A stretch of DNA of 64,000 bases from Candidatus Omnitrophota bacterium (GCA_013202205.1 JABMSB010000028.1:19370-83369); one strand, 5' to 3'. Positions 10,326-20,216 are shown, counted from the first letter of the stretch. The notes: generated by a model not told the origin, from the letters alone. Numbers and translations: made by a program.

Positions 10326-11173
10326 CTCTTGAATGCCTCCACTACGTTGCGCATTAACATCGTTACGGTAAGAGGGCCTACGCCGCCTGGTACCGGTGTA
10401 ATCTGCGCGGCACGCTTGGAGGCCTCCTCAAATTCGACATCGCCTACCAGCTTACCTTCTACCCTATTTATTCCAACATCTACTACTATCGCACCTTCCT
10501 TCACCCATTCACCTTTTATAAGACCGGCCTTACCGACTGCCACAATGAGGAGTTCCGCCCGCTTAACATAATCCGGAACAAGGCCTCTCTCGCCCGTTCC
10601 TATATGACAGACCGATACGGTCGCAAATTCCTTAAGTAACATCATGCTAAGTGGCTTGCCTACTATTTCCGAATGGCCCACGATTACGGCCTCAACGCCA
10701 CGCAGCTTAATACCGCTCGATTTGATCAATTCCATACACGCCACCGGGGTACAGGGAGCCGGACCCGGCTCACCCAAAAGAACCCTACCTAAGTTGGCCG
10801 GATGCATGCCTTCGGCATCCTTTGCCGGATCGAGCGCTGACATAATAACGCGGTGATCTACGCCCTGCGGCAAGGGCAATTGTATTATAATTCCGGTAAC
10901 AGCTTCATCTTTATTTAACTTGTCAATCTCTGCTAAAACCCCATCCTGGGATGTGGATCCGTCGAGGGTCTTAAGCTCATATTCTATCCCGAGCGCTTCA
11001 GCTGTCTTTATCTGTGATTTAAGATAGACGGCTGATGCAGGATTCTCCCCTACCTGAAGCGCCACCAGGCGTGGGGCCCGGCCTTTTTTTGCCTTGAGCG
11101 CTTCAATTTCCTTCTTTAAGCTCTCCTTAAGCGGTGTAGCAATGTTTTTTCCCTGCAATAACGTTGCGGACAT
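10322..11173 (-). CDS. folD: Methylene-THF dehydrogenase/cyclohydrolase
   Basis: IIQLPLP, KDAEG, PCTP, SEIVGKP, DVGINR, TPVPGGVGPLT. Confidence 0.95.
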   Translation of the reverse strand: MSATLLQGKNIATPLKESLKKEIEALKAKKGRAPRLVALQVGENPASAVYLKSQIKTAEALGIEYELKTLDGSTSQDGVLAEIDKLNKDEAVTGIIIQLPLPQGVDHRVIMSALDPAKDAEGMHPANLGRVLLGEPGPAPCTPVACMELIKSSGIKLRGVEAVIVGHSEIVGKPLSMMLLKEFATVSVCHIGTGERGLVPDYVKRAELLIVAVGKAGLIKGEWVKEGAIVVDVGINRVEGKLVGDVEFEEASKRAAQITPVPGGVGPLTVTMLMRNVVEAFKR

Positions 11174-11796
11174 TATTTCCCCTCTCCCCGTAGTATCGAA
11201 TTAACACCTTCAACTACTTTTTCTTTTAGCATTAATGTCTCTTTATTCATAGGATCGAGTACTTTCCGAGTCTTCGCGATAAACTCCTCATCCTTTATCC
11301 ATTTCAGGTTAACCTCGACATTCATCAGCGCAGAATCGAACGCCGCCTTCAGTATATGCGCCGGCACACCGACATCGGTTATGAGGTTCTTATTGCCTTT
11401 TTCAAGCGCTATAGGCAGCAGTTTCATTGCCCTATGGGCACAGCGGCATATCTCAAGCGGCACGGACGCGGCGACTTTCAGCGCTTCTTCAACCGCCTCC
11501 TTGCGCCCCTTGGTATCCTTCGGCATCTTATAAGCCTTATCGAACCTGCCATACGCCTCGATATCTTCCTGGACTAACTTTTCCAGCTGCGCGCGCAGCC
11601 CCTCAGATTTCTTAAGGAGATCTTGCATCTCGTCTTCAGCAACCTTATATTTTTCTTTGCCGACAGTGAAGTTCGCCACCATTGAAATCAGCGCACACCC
11701 TACTGCGCCCGCCAGCGCCGCCGCACTCCCTCCTCCCGGTGCAGGCTTCTTCCCCGCAAGATCGTCAAGGTATCCATGTATCGAATCCCTGCTCAT
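11173..11796 (-). CDS. fchA: Methenyl-THF cyclohydrolase / formiminoTHF cyclodeaminase family
   Basis: PAPGGGSAAAL, SMVANFT, GNKNLITDVGV, NVEVNL; fhs-fchA-folD context. Confidence 0.88.
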   Translation of the reverse strand: MSRDSIHGYLDDLAGKKPAPGGGSAAALAGAVGCALISMVANFTVGKEKYKVAEDEMQDLLKKSEGLRAQLEKLVQEDIEAYGRFDKAYKMPKDTKGRKEAVEEALKVAASVPLEICRCAHRAMKLLPIALEKGNKNLITDVGVPAHILKAAFDSALMNVEVNLKWIKDEEFIAKTRKVLDPMNKETLMLKEKVVEGVNSILRGEGK

Positions 11797-11812
11797 ACAT
11801 TTTCCCTTCTCT

Positions 11813-12292
11813 TTAATCTATCGTTTCTGGGTAAAATTGGCCTTCTGGCCAGCTTTTTCCTTCCTGCCAGATTATGTCAGTTGGAAGAGGTCCCTGCGGA
11901 GAACTGTCATCATAAGTTCCCCTTAAGAAAAAGACGTACCAATTCTTTTCGCCATCTGGCGGGAGGCTTCCGTCGGCTTTCTTTCGCAGGGCCACCATAG
12001 CTAATGCACCGGGATACCCGATAGAATTCCAAACACCATAGGCAAAATCAGCACTATTATCTGTCTTCTCAGGTACAACGATATCGAGATAGTCAGCCCT
12101 AAGTGGATAAGTATTATCGTGAGCATGATAATATATTATAGATGCCCTCCTGATAGCACCTAACATGCTATATGCTTCTGCAGCCCGTGCTCTTTCCACC
12201 ACCTTCTGATACTGCGGCAAAGCCACTGTAGCCAGGATACCTACGATGATTACTACTATCAGCAACTCAATCAATGTAAAAGCTCGCTTCAT
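11813..12292 (-). CDS. Type IV pilin-like protein, cassette 1 (159 aa)
   Basis: MKRA-FTLIELLIVVIIVGILATVALPQY class III signal peptide with E5; ATG at 12292 preceded by AAGGAGG. Confidence 0.9.
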   Translation of the reverse strand: MKRAFTLIELLIVVIIVGILATVALPQYQKVVERARAAEAYSMLGAIRRASIIYYHAHDNTYPLRADYLDIVVPEKTDNSADFAYGVWNSIGYPGALAMVALRKKADGSLPPDGEKNWYVFFLRGTYDDSSPQGPLPTDIIWQEGKSWPEGQFYPETID

Positions 12293-12294
12293 GC

Positions 12295-12322
12295 TAACCT
12301 CCTTGTGGGGTGGCACCAAGTG
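12295..12322. repeat. 28-bp pilin leader repeat, copy A
   Basis: taacctccttgtggggtggcaccaagtg, identical to 12866-12893; contains the RBS and a GGTG-G-CACC palindrome. Confidence 0.95.
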
Positions 12323-12325
12323 GAC

Positions 12326-12352
12326 CGTCCCCTAAAACGTCGTCCCCTAAAA
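12326..12352. repeat. Tandem 12-bp repeat cgtcccctaaaa (period 15)
   Basis: Copies at 12326-12337 and 12341-12352; related cgtccttttaaaa at 12896-12908. Confidence 0.9.
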
Positions 12353-12380
12353 ACCTACCATCATTAGATCATTAAATCAA

Positions 12381-12863
12381 CTATTCAAATGTCCAGTTTT
12401 CGAGGTAATTATAATTTCCTGTCAAGCAGTATCCGCTCTTTCCTTCCTCGCTCATCGCAACATGCGGCAACTTGGGGCTATCCGTTACGTGGATTGCTAC
12501 ATAGAAAGCTAAATTATCCTCACTTATTGTACCCAGATGTTCCTGTACTTGCCTGGTGGCTACCGAATCGGTCGGATCGGCGGTGATAAAAAAACCGTGT
12601 TTATCGCGAGGTATATCTATGAGCAACCAACTAGCCATTGTATCATCGACCCAGACCCATGCGCCTGTGCTGGTGCATGGTGACCTGTCATGTTCGGTTC
12701 TATATAATATCACAGCCGTTCTAAGAGCGGCTAAGTTTGAGTGTAAATCCGCCGTTTTTGCGCGCGTTACCACCTTCTGATACTGCGGTAGCGCCACTGT
12801 AGCTAATATACCTACGATGATGACCACAATCAACAACTCTATCAACGTAAATGCTCGTCTCAT
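12381..12863 (-). CDS. Type IV pilin-like protein, cassette 2 (160 aa)
   Basis: MRRA-FTLIELLIVVIIVGILATVALPQYQKVV; C-terminal domain dissimilar to cassette 1, two Cys; ATG at 12863 behind AAGGAGG. Confidence 0.9.
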   Translation of the reverse strand: MRRAFTLIELLIVVIIVGILATVALPQYQKVVTRAKTADLHSNLAALRTAVILYRTEHDRSPCTSTGAWVWVDDTMASWLLIDIPRDKHGFFITADPTDSVATRQVQEHLGTISEDNLAFYVAIHVTDSPKLPHVAMSEEGKSGYCLTGNYNYLENWTFE

Positions 12864-12865
12864 GT

Positions 12866-12893
12866 TAACCTCCTTGTGGGGTGGCACCAAGTG
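12866..12893. repeat. 28-bp pilin leader repeat, copy B
   Basis: Identical to 12295-12322; similarity continues to the fhs stop codon. Confidence 0.95.
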
Positions 12894-12902
12894 ACCGTCC
12901 TT

Positions 12903-14606
12903 TTAAAACAACCCTACAACATTACCATCTTCATCTATATCGACCTTCTCACCGGCTGGGTGAGTTGGTAAGCCCGGCATGGTGCGCATCTGGCCGCAGA
13001 GCGGGTATAAGAAACCTGCACCCACAGATGCACGGATATCCCTTACGGGTAATGTAAAGCCTGTTGGCGCCCCTTTTAATTTTGGATCGTGCGAAAGCGA
13101 TAGATGTGTCTTTGCCATACATAAAGGTAATTTGTCATATCCGAACTTTGTGTAGAGCTCAATCTTCTTCTCGGCTTCCGGTTCATAGTGGACATCCTTG
13201 GCGCCATATATCTTTGTTGCGATCGTCTCGATCTTCTTTTTGATAGGCCACTCGGAAGGATAGAGAAGCTTGAAGTCTGATTTCTTATCTGCTGCCTTCA
13301 CAACCGCCTTTGCCAGGTCTGTTCCGCCTTTTGAGCCTTCGGCCCAGACATTGCTTAAGACCGCGTCCTCAGCACCTGCTTTAATAGCAATCTTTTTGAT
13401 CAGCTCTATTTCGTTTTTGGTGTCGGAGGTGAACTTATTGACGGCTACTACAACCGGCACACCGAAGAGCTTCATATTCTCTATGTGTTTCTTTAGATTG
13501 GATGAACCCTCTTCCAGGGCTTCCAGGTTTTCCTTAAGGAGTGCCGGGTCGAGAGGTTTTCCTGCTACGACTGTAAACTTGCCGGAGTGCATCTTGAGTG
13601 CCCTTATGGTAGCTACCATAACGACACAGTCGGGCTTGAGGCCGCTCATGCGGCATTTTATGTTGAAGAACTTCTCGGCACCGCAGTCCGCACCGAAACC
13701 TGATTCGGTTACGACATATTCAGAAAGCTTAAGCGCTATCCTATCTGCCAGGATAGAACTATTGCCATGAGCAATATTGGCAAAAGGTCCCGCATGGACA
13801 ATACATGGTGTATTGTCAATCGTCTGCAAAAGGTTCGGCATTATCGCGTCTTTAAGAAGAACCGTCATCGCACCTGCCACCTTGATATCCTCAGCAGTAA
13901 CGGGCTTGCCATCTTTGGTAGTAGCCAGTATCATACGCCCGATTCGCTTGCGCAGGTCCTTCAGGCTGCTCGTCAACGCCAATATGGCCATCACCTCGCT
14001 TGCTACAGTTATATCAAAACCTGTGCTCCTTTCAAAACCATCGCTTGGTCCACCTAAACCTACTTTAATATTTCTCAAAAACCTATCTGAGACGTCTACG
14101 ACACGACGCCACATCACAGAATCAGGATCTATATTTAGGGGATTGCCTTTAAGGATAGAGTTATCTAAGAATGCCGCACAAAGGTTATGTGCCAGGCCGA
14201 CAGCGTGGACATCGCCTGTTAAGTGAAGATTGAAGTCCTCCATGGGAACTACCTGGGAATAGCCACCTCCGGCAGCGCCACCTTTTATGCCGAACACAGG
14301 ACCAAGCGAAGGCTGACGGATACATACTGTCGTCTTCTTGCCGATCCTGTTTAGCCCCATAGAAAGGCCGATGGTCGTTACGGTCTTGCCCTCACCGAGC
14401 GGTGTCGGGGTTATAGCGGTTACGTCTATATATTTGCCATCTCTTTTATTCTTCGTCCTATCTAAAACAGATAATGATATCTTGGCCTTATGGTTTCCGT
14501 AAAGAGAGATTTCTTTCTCTTTTAGCCCTAACGAGTTGGCCACTTTGATTATAGGTTTCAGCTTAGCTTTTCGCGCAATCTCTATGTCGCTTGGCACCTT
14601 CTTCAT
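12903..14606 (-). CDS. fhs: Formate--tetrahydrofolate ligase
   Basis: [51 protein letters not shown]. Confidence 0.97.
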   Translation of the reverse strand: MKKVPSDIEIARKAKLKPIIKVANSLGLKEKEISLYGNHKAKISLSVLDRTKNKRDGKYIDVTAITPTPLGEGKTVTTIGLSMGLNRIGKKTTVCIRQPSLGPVFGIKGGAAGGGYSQVVPMEDFNLHLTGDVHAVGLAHNLCAAFLDNSILKGNPLNIDPDSVMWRRVVDVSDRFLRNIKVGLGGPSDGFERSTGFDITVASEVMAILALTSSLKDLRKRIGRMILATTKDGKPVTAEDIKVAGAMTVLLKDAIMPNLLQTIDNTPCIVHAGPFANIAHGNSSILADRIALKLSEYVVTESGFGADCGAEKFFNIKCRMSGLKPDCVVMVATIRALKMHSGKFTVVAGKPLDPALLKENLEALEEGSSNLKKHIENMKLFGVPVVVAVNKFTSDTKNEIELIKKIAIKAGAEDAVLSNVWAEGSKGGTDLAKAVVKAADKKSDFKLLYPSEWPIKKKIETIATKIYGAKDVHYEPEAEKKIELYTKFGYDKLPLCMAKTHLSLSHDPKLKGAPTGFTLPVRDIRASVGAGFLYPLCGQMRTMPGLPTHPAGEKVDIDEDGNVVGLF

Positions 14607-15277
14607 CCGCTCCCCCCTTCAAGCTCTTTCACCCTGAAAGACTTTCTATGAATCATGGACGGGCCATGTTTCCTGATCGCCCTGACATGCGCTTTTGTGC
14701 CATAACCTTTATGTCTCTTGAACCTGTATTGCGGGAATACTTTATCATATACCAGCATGATCCGATCACGAACTACCTTAGCTACTATGGAAGCAGCTGC
14801 GATCGACAAGGATGCGGAATCGCCTCTTATGATATTTCTTCTTTTGGCAGGTGTGGTGAGCTTAACGCGGCCGTCTATAAGGACATAATCCGGTTTCTGG
14901 CCGAGATCTTCAAGAGCCAATTCCATTGCGTGTATAGTGGCCTTCCGTATGTTGACTTCGTCTATGACGCCTTCGCTTACCACGCCCACTCCTATGTGAG
15001 CATTCCTGATTATCTCTCCGAACGCCCTCTCCCTGGCGCCGGCTGAAAGTTTCTTAGAATCGTCGATCCTATTTTTGAAATCAAAGGTCTTGAGAATTAC
15101 GGCACCTGCAACTACAGGCCCTGCGAGCGGTCCCCGGCCGGCTTCGTCAACCCCTGCTATCAGCTTTAGGCCGCGCTTAGCTGCTGCATTCTCATAGCGC
15201 AGAAGCCTCTTATGGTTGATTGCCTTACTCGGCCTTCTCACCTTCTTGAGATTCTTTCGTCTCTTTTGCTGCGCCAT
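14603..15277 (-). CDS. rnhB: Ribonuclease HII
   Basis: [35 protein letters not shown]. Start uncertain because it overlaps rplS. Confidence 0.93.
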   Translation of the reverse strand: MAQQKRRKNLKKVRRPSKAINHKRLLRYENAAAKRGLKLIAGVDEAGRGPLAGPVVAGAVILKTFDFKNRIDDSKKLSAGARERAFGEIIRNAHIGVGVVSEGVIDEVNIRKATIHAMELALEDLGQKPDYVLIDGRVKLTTPAKRRNIIRGDSASLSIAAASIVAKVVRDRIMLVYDKVFPQYRFKRHKGYGTKAHVRAIRKHGPSMIHRKSFRVKELEGGSG

Positions 15278-15644
15278 CTTCTCCCTTAACCCTTGTGTCG
15301 GTTATTATTCTTTCCTCGACCCTCGTCTTCTTGCCGACCTTGCCGCGCAGATAATATAGCTTAGCTCGCTTCACATGGCCTTTTCTAACCACCTCTATCT
15401 TGGCCACGGAAGGGGCGTGAAGGGGAAACTTCTTCTCCACTCCTTCACCATAGGAGATGCGCCTGACAGTGAAAGCTTCATTGACCCCGCTGCCCTTCTT
15501 GCCTATCACGATACCTTCAAAAATCTGTATACGGGTCTTCCCCTCTTCGGATATCTTGATGTGCACCTTTACTGTATCGCCAACATCGAACTTGGATACA
15601 TCCTTCTTTAAAAACTTTTTTCCGTATTCATTGATTATGTTCAT
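15225..15644 (-). CDS. rplS: 50S ribosomal protein L19
   Basis: GDTVKVH, RIQIFEG, FTVRRISYGEGVE, RAKLYYLR. Confidence 0.96.
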   Translation of the reverse strand: MNIINEYGKKFLKKDVSKFDVGDTVKVHIKISEEGKTRIQIFEGIVIGKKGSGVNEAFTVRRISYGEGVEKKFPLHAPSVAKIEVVRKGHVKRAKLYYLRGKVGKKTRVEERIITDTRVKGEDGAAKETKESQEGEKAE

Positions 15645-15677
15645 AGTCTTCTCCTTGATTTAGCACACTTAAGTGCG

Positions 15678-16376
15678 CTACTTTATTAAGTCCGGTCTCC
15701 TTCTGCGCGTGCGAAGAAGTGCTTGCGTCTTACGCCATCCTGCCACATTCTTATGGTCACCGCTCAAAAGCACTGCGGGCACCTTCATCTTGCGAAAAAC
15801 CGCAGGACGTGTATATTGCGGATACTCCAGTAATCCGTCTTCGAAAGACTCCTCTAATGAAGAACTCTCATTCCCCAGGACACCCGGGATCAATCTAACT
15901 ACTGAATCTATCAAAACCATCGCGGGTAGCTCCCCGCATGTAAGAATATAGTCCCCTATAGATATCTCATCCATCACAAGGTGCTTGCGCACGCGTTCAT
16001 CAATACCCTCATAATGGCCGCAGATAAGTACCAGGTGTTTTGTGCGGGAAACCTTCTTTGCGATGCGCTGGTCAAACCTCTTACCCTGAGGGGTAAGAAA
16101 GACTGTACGAATGCCTCTTTTTCTTAGCTTCTTCTTATCTATATCACTTCCCAGTATAGACTCCATCGCCTCGAATATCGGCTCCGGTTTCATGACCATA
16201 CCGGAGCCTCCTCCGAACGGCTTATCATCAGCGCTCTTGTGCCGGTCGTGTGTAAACCCCCTGATATCATGTATGCAGATCTCAACGCGCCTGAGCGTCT
16301 GAGCGCGTTTCATCATCGATTCGCCCAGGACCGCATCGAACATGCGGGGGAAGAGGGTCAGTATATCTATCTTCAT
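15678..16376 (-). CDS. trmD: tRNA (guanine37-N1)-methyltransferase
   Basis: DDKPFGGGSGM, CGHYEGIDER, SIGDYILTCGE, LEYPQYTRP. Confidence 0.96.
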   Translation of the reverse strand: MKIDILTLFPRMFDAVLGESMMKRAQTLRRVEICIHDIRGFTHDRHKSADDKPFGGGSGMVMKPEPIFEAMESILGSDIDKKKLRKRGIRTVFLTPQGKRFDQRIAKKVSRTKHLVLICGHYEGIDERVRKHLVMDEISIGDYILTCGELPAMVLIDSVVRLIPGVLGNESSSLEESFEDGLLEYPQYTRPAVFRKMKVPAVLLSGDHKNVAGWRKTQALLRTRRRRPDLIK

Positions 16377-16387
16377 AAAAATATATC

Positions 16388-16630
16388 CTAAATGGCCTTC
16401 GATGTTTTAAGGAGGCTTTTAACCGTTGGTGAGGGCGTAGCACCCACGCCTATCCAGTAATCGACCCTCTTCTTGTCGACCTTGATGTATGGCGGATCCT
16501 GGCGCGGATCATACGAACCTATCTCCTCGACATTGCGGCCATCACGTGGATTCCGTGAATCGGTAACTACGATCCTAAATGCTGCCTTCTTATTGCTTCC
16601 AATACGCTTAAGCCTGATAACTACTGCCAT
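16388..16630 (-). CDS. rpsP: 30S ribosomal protein S16
   Basis: IRLKRIG, RIVVTDSRNPRDG, GSYDP, WIGVGATPS. Confidence 0.96.
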   Translation of the reverse strand: MAVVIRLKRIGSNKKAAFRIVVTDSRNPRDGRNVEEIGSYDPRQDPPYIKVDKKRVDYWIGVGATPSPTVKSLLKTSKAI

Positions 16631-17939
16631 ATACTCTCTCCTTTTCTCTATATTCAGTTGTGTCTATGGTTGTTCGTCTGCTTTTCTCTCTCCATACCTT
16701 GGCACCCAAACCTGCCAATTTATCTTCCAGCCTTTCGTACCCTCTATCTAAGTGGTAAACGCGGTTTACTTCCGTCCTGCCCTGCGCTACCAAACCTGCC
16801 AAAATGAGCGCAGCCGATGCGCGCAGGTCCGATGCCATGACAGGGGCGCCGCTTAAATCCTTGCTCCCTTTTATAATAGCAGTGGCACCCTCCAGTATGA
16901 TATCCGCGCCCATCCGGTTTAATTCACTGATATGTATGAACCTTTCAGGGTAGACCTTCTCTGTAATGACACTGATCCCGCCAACGGTACACATGAGTGC
17001 CATCATCTGCGCCTGCATATCCGTCGGAAAACCCGGATAAGGAAGGGTCGTCACATCCACCGAGCTCAATTTTCTATCCACCTTGACGCGAAGCCCATCC
17101 TTCTCTTGCTTTATCGAAACGCCTACCTCCGACAACTTATCTATGATAGCCGTTATCTGTTCGGGTATAACATTTTTTAATAAGATGTCACCCCTTGTGA
17201 TAGCGGCTGCCACAATATAAGTCCCCGCCTCTATCCTGTCGGGTATCAGATTATGTTCTGCGCCTTTTAAGCTCTCGACACCTTCTATCTCGATGCGGTG
17301 CGTATTATATCCTGTGATCGCGGCACCCATTGCATTTAAGAACTTTGCGAGATCTACCAATTCAGGTTCACAGGCAGCATTCTCTATGATCGTCTTGCCC
17401 TTAGCCAGGGTAGCGGCCATCATTATATTCGCGGTAGCCAATACGCTCGATCCAAAATGGCCGCCGAGATATACCGTGCAACCCTTCAAACCCTTCGTCT
17501 CTGCTATTAAATAACCGCCTTCTATCTTAATCTCGGCTCCAAGAGCGCGAAGCCCTTTAAGGTGCAGGTCTATGGGGCGAGGACCAATAACACATCCACC
17601 CGGAAAGGAGACGCGCGCGCGCCCAAACCTTGCCAGGAGCGGCCCCAACACACAGACAGACGCACGCATAGCGCTAACGAGCTCATACGGCGCCGTGCGG
17701 CCCTGATAGTCGCCCGGAAGAATGCTCAGCGTATCATCACGCTGATCTACCCTCACGCCCAGATTACGCAAGATCTTAGACATTGTTGATATATCGGCGA
17801 GGCGAGGGACACCTTTTATTACAGAGCGCTCAGACGTCAACAAAGACGCCGCCAGTATGGGCAAACAGGAATTCTTTGAACCGCTTATCTCAACGGTCCC
17901 GGTAAGCCTCCTGCCCCCTTCTATGACTAGTTTATCCAT
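16608..17939 (-). CDS. murA: UDP-N-acetylglucosamine 1-carboxyvinyltransferase
   Basis: SGSKNS, MRAS, PGGCVIGPRPIDLH (catalytic Cys present), PGFPTDMQ, DLRAS, HLDRGY. Confidence 0.96.
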   Translation of the reverse strand: MDKLVIEGGRRLTGTVEISGSKNSCLPILAASLLTSERSVIKGVPRLADISTMSKILRNLGVRVDQRDDTLSILPGDYQGRTAPYELVSAMRASVCVLGPLLARFGRARVSFPGGCVIGPRPIDLHLKGLRALGAEIKIEGGYLIAETKGLKGCTVYLGGHFGSSVLATANIMMAATLAKGKTIIENAACEPELVDLAKFLNAMGAAITGYNTHRIEIEGVESLKGAEHNLIPDRIEAGTYIVAAAITRGDILLKNVIPEQITAIIDKLSEVGVSIKQEKDGLRVKVDRKLSSVDVTTLPYPGFPTDMQAQMMALMCTVGGISVITEKVYPERFIHISELNRMGADIILEGATAIIKGSKDLSGAPVMASDLRASAALILAGLVAQGRTEVNRVYHLDRGYERLEDKLAGLGAKVWREKSRRTTIDTTEYREKERVYGSSYQA

Positions 17940-17944
17940 AAACC

Positions 17945-18799
17945 TTAACGTAGGTTAGCTACAATTATTCTTTCAATACCCGCATAATCCTGTCTTACCT
18001 TCACTATCTCAAAGGAACTCTCGGCCCGCAACAGATCTTCAATATCCTCTGCCTGGTCGAACCCAACCTCCATGACCAAAAATCCACCCTTCTTTAAAAA
18101 GGCGGGCGACTCTTCTATTATGCAGCGATAAAAGAAAAGCCCGTCATCTCCGCCATCAAACGCCGCCTTTGGTTCATGCCCTAACTCCACAGGTAGCGAA
18201 GACGCGACATCCTCAGATCTTACGTAGGGAGGATTAGAAAGAATTATATCGAAAAGGCCTTCTCCCTCCAACCCCTTAAAAAGGTCGCTCTGTATGGCCT
18301 TAAGGCGCTTGTCACATCCGTGCCTTTTGGCATTTGCCTGAGTTGTAGATATAGCCGTTTTGGATATATCTGAGCTAATTATTATACTATTAGATCTTAA
18401 TTTTGTCAAACTGATGCCTATGTTGCCGCAGCCTGAGCATAAATCCAATATTTTAGGGCAAAAATCCCCGTCTCCTGCAAAATTGAGCTTCAGGAGATCT
18501 ATCGCCTCCTCCACAAGGAGTTCGGTCTCGGGCCTTGGAATAAAGACCCCGGGCCTCACGATAAATTCAAACCCCATGAAACTTATGTTACCCAAAAGAT
18601 ATTGCAGCGGAATGCCTTTCTTTCTGTCTGAGAGGAGGTTACGAAAATTATCATATTGATCCTCACTCAGGATTCTTTCCTCACAATAGAGTTCCGCGCG
18701 ATCGCAGTTAAGGATGTGGGAGAGCACCCATTCAACCTCATTCGTATTTTCAAGGTAACTGTTGGAATTCCGTAATATATCCGCTGCCTGGTAAATCAT
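17945..18799 (-). CDS. prmC: Release factor glutamine methyltransferase
   Basis: PLQYLLG, IPRPETE, DLCSGCG, SNPPY; follows prfA. Confidence 0.93.
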   Translation of the reverse strand: MIYQAADILRNSNSYLENTNEVEWVLSHILNCDRAELYCEERILSEDQYDNFRNLLSDRKKGIPLQYLLGNISFMGFEFIVRPGVFIPRPETELLVEEAIDLLKLNFAGDGDFCPKILDLCSGCGNIGISLTKLRSNSIIISSDISKTAISTTQANAKRHGCDKRLKAIQSDLFKGLEGEGLFDIILSNPPYVRSEDVASSLPVELGHEPKAAFDGGDDGLFFYRCIIEESPAFLKKGGFLVMEVGFDQAEDIEDLLRAESSFEIVKVRQDYAGIERIIVANLR

Positions 18800-18822
18800 C
18801 GATAGCCTCTTTTAATAATAGA

Positions 18823-19920
18823 TTATTCCGATTCCAATATCTTCTTAAGCTTGACTTCCCTCTCTGCCTTCTTGAGCGCATCCACCAGCTCGTCCATATC
18901 TCCCTCCAGGAGATCCTCAAGGCTGTGAAGGGTAAAATTTATCCTGTGGTCGGTCACGCGATTCTGCGGAAAATTGTATGTCCTGATCTTCTCGCTCCTG
19001 TCGCCGCTTCCCACCTGCACCTTCCGCTCCTCAGACATCTTTGTGTGATGGTCATCCTGAATCTTATCGGCGAGCCGCGCACGGAGTACCCGCATCCCCT
19101 TCGATTTGTTCTTGTGCTGGGAGCGCTCATCCTGGCAGCTGACGACGAGTCCCGTCGGAATATGCGTAATCCTTACGGCTGAATCGGTAACATTTACGTG
19201 CTGGCCCCCGCGTCCGCCTGCGCGAAAGACGTCTATCTTTAAATCCTTAGGTTCTATCACCACCTCGAGCTCCTCCGGTTCCGGCATTACGGCTACCGTC
19301 GCAGCCGATGTATGTATCCTGCCGGAGGTCTCGGTTTCAGGCACGCGCTGCACGCGGTGCGTACCGCTTTCGAATCGTATGGCTCCATAAGCGCCACGGC
19401 CTGCCACGGAAAATACAACCTCCTTAAATCCTCCCTTGTCGCCGGGTGAACTGCTAAGGGTCTCTATACGCCATGCCTTACGGGAGGCGTATTTCGAATA
19501 CATCCGGAAGAGATCGCCGGCAAATAGCGCTGCCTCAAGGCCTCCTGTACCGCCTCTTATTTCGATGATAATATTGCGGTCAACACCTTCCGACTCGCTG
19601 AATATCGCCTCCTCCATCTTCTGCTGGAGCTCATCCTGGCGGCTGAGAAGCCCTTTTAGTTCATCTTGAGCCAGCTGGGTCAAGTCCTCGCTCTCACCTT
19701 CCTCTATCAGATGTTTAACCTTGGTGATCTCCTCTGCAGCCTCTTCATGCGCTTTATAGGACTGCACCAAGGGTGTGAGCGCAGCCATCTCTTTGGTCAG
19801 ATCCCTATATTGGTTGGAGTTGGCTATGACCTTCGGGTCTGATACAAGCTCCTGAAGCTCTAAAAAACGGACAACCTTCTTCTTCGCCTTCGCCAGAAGT
19901 TTCTCTTTGATCGATTTCAT
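18823..19920 (-). CDS. prfA: Peptide chain release factor 1
   Basis: [10 protein letters not shown] (PxT), [20 protein letters not shown]. Confidence 0.96.
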   Translation of the reverse strand: MKSIKEKLLAKAKKKVVRFLELQELVSDPKVIANSNQYRDLTKEMAALTPLVQSYKAHEEAAEEITKVKHLIEEGESEDLTQLAQDELKGLLSRQDELQQKMEEAIFSESEGVDRNIIIEIRGGTGGLEAALFAGDLFRMYSKYASRKAWRIETLSSSPGDKGGFKEVVFSVAGRGAYGAIRFESGTHRVQRVPETETSGRIHTSAATVAVMPEPEELEVVIEPKDLKIDVFRAGGRGGQHVNVTDSAVRITHIPTGLVVSCQDERSQHKNKSKGMRVLRARLADKIQDDHHTKMSEERKVQVGSGDRSEKIRTYNFPQNRVTDHRINFTLHSLEDLLEGDMDELVDALKKAEREVKLKKILESE

Positions 19921-19923
19921 CTC

Positions 19924-20178
19924 TTACTCCGACGCAGTCTCGGCGTCTCCTTTTTGCCCGGGCGCGCTTTTCGGATCCGCTTTCTTATCATAACGCCTTC
20001 TGAACTTCTCGACCCTGCCTGCTGAGTCTATCAGCTTCTGTTTGCCGGTAAAGAACGGGTGGCATTTTGAGCAGATTTCAACCCTGATATTCTGTTTTGT
20101 TGACCTGGTGTGTATCACTTCACCACATGCGCAAGTTATCGTCGTCTCCTTGTACTTCGGGTGTATCTTCGGTTTCAT
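19924..20178 (-). CDS. rpmE: 50S ribosomal protein L31 (Zn-binding type)
   Basis: [27 protein letters not shown]; start moved to ATG behind GGAGG. Confidence 0.95.
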   Translation of the reverse strand: MKPKIHPKYKETTITCACGEVIHTRSTKQNIRVEICSKCHPFFTGKQKLIDSAGRVEKFRRRYDKKADPKSAPGQKGDAETASE

Positions 20179-20216
20179 CTCTTCCTCCATTTTCGCACAT
20201 CAAAGTGTGCACTACG

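Noticed and set aside
12311-12326. TGGCAC in the leader as a sigma54 -24 box
   Set aside because: Wrong strand for the pilins and no TTGC at the -12 position.
12293-12890. Shared MVPPHKEV N-terminal extension on both pilins (TTG starts at 12319 and 12890)
   Set aside because: It is the translated leader repeat; AAGGAGG lies inside it at proper spacing from the ATGs at 12292 and 12863.
12295-12893. Leader repeats as a CRISPR array or integron attC sites
   Set aside because: Only two copies separated by a whole gene; no cas or integrase in the window; no RYYYAAC..GTTRRRY attC stem recognised.
16608-16690. MurA C-terminal extension as a new domain
   Set aside because: About 25 residues running through the rpsP RBS; most simply stop-codon drift.
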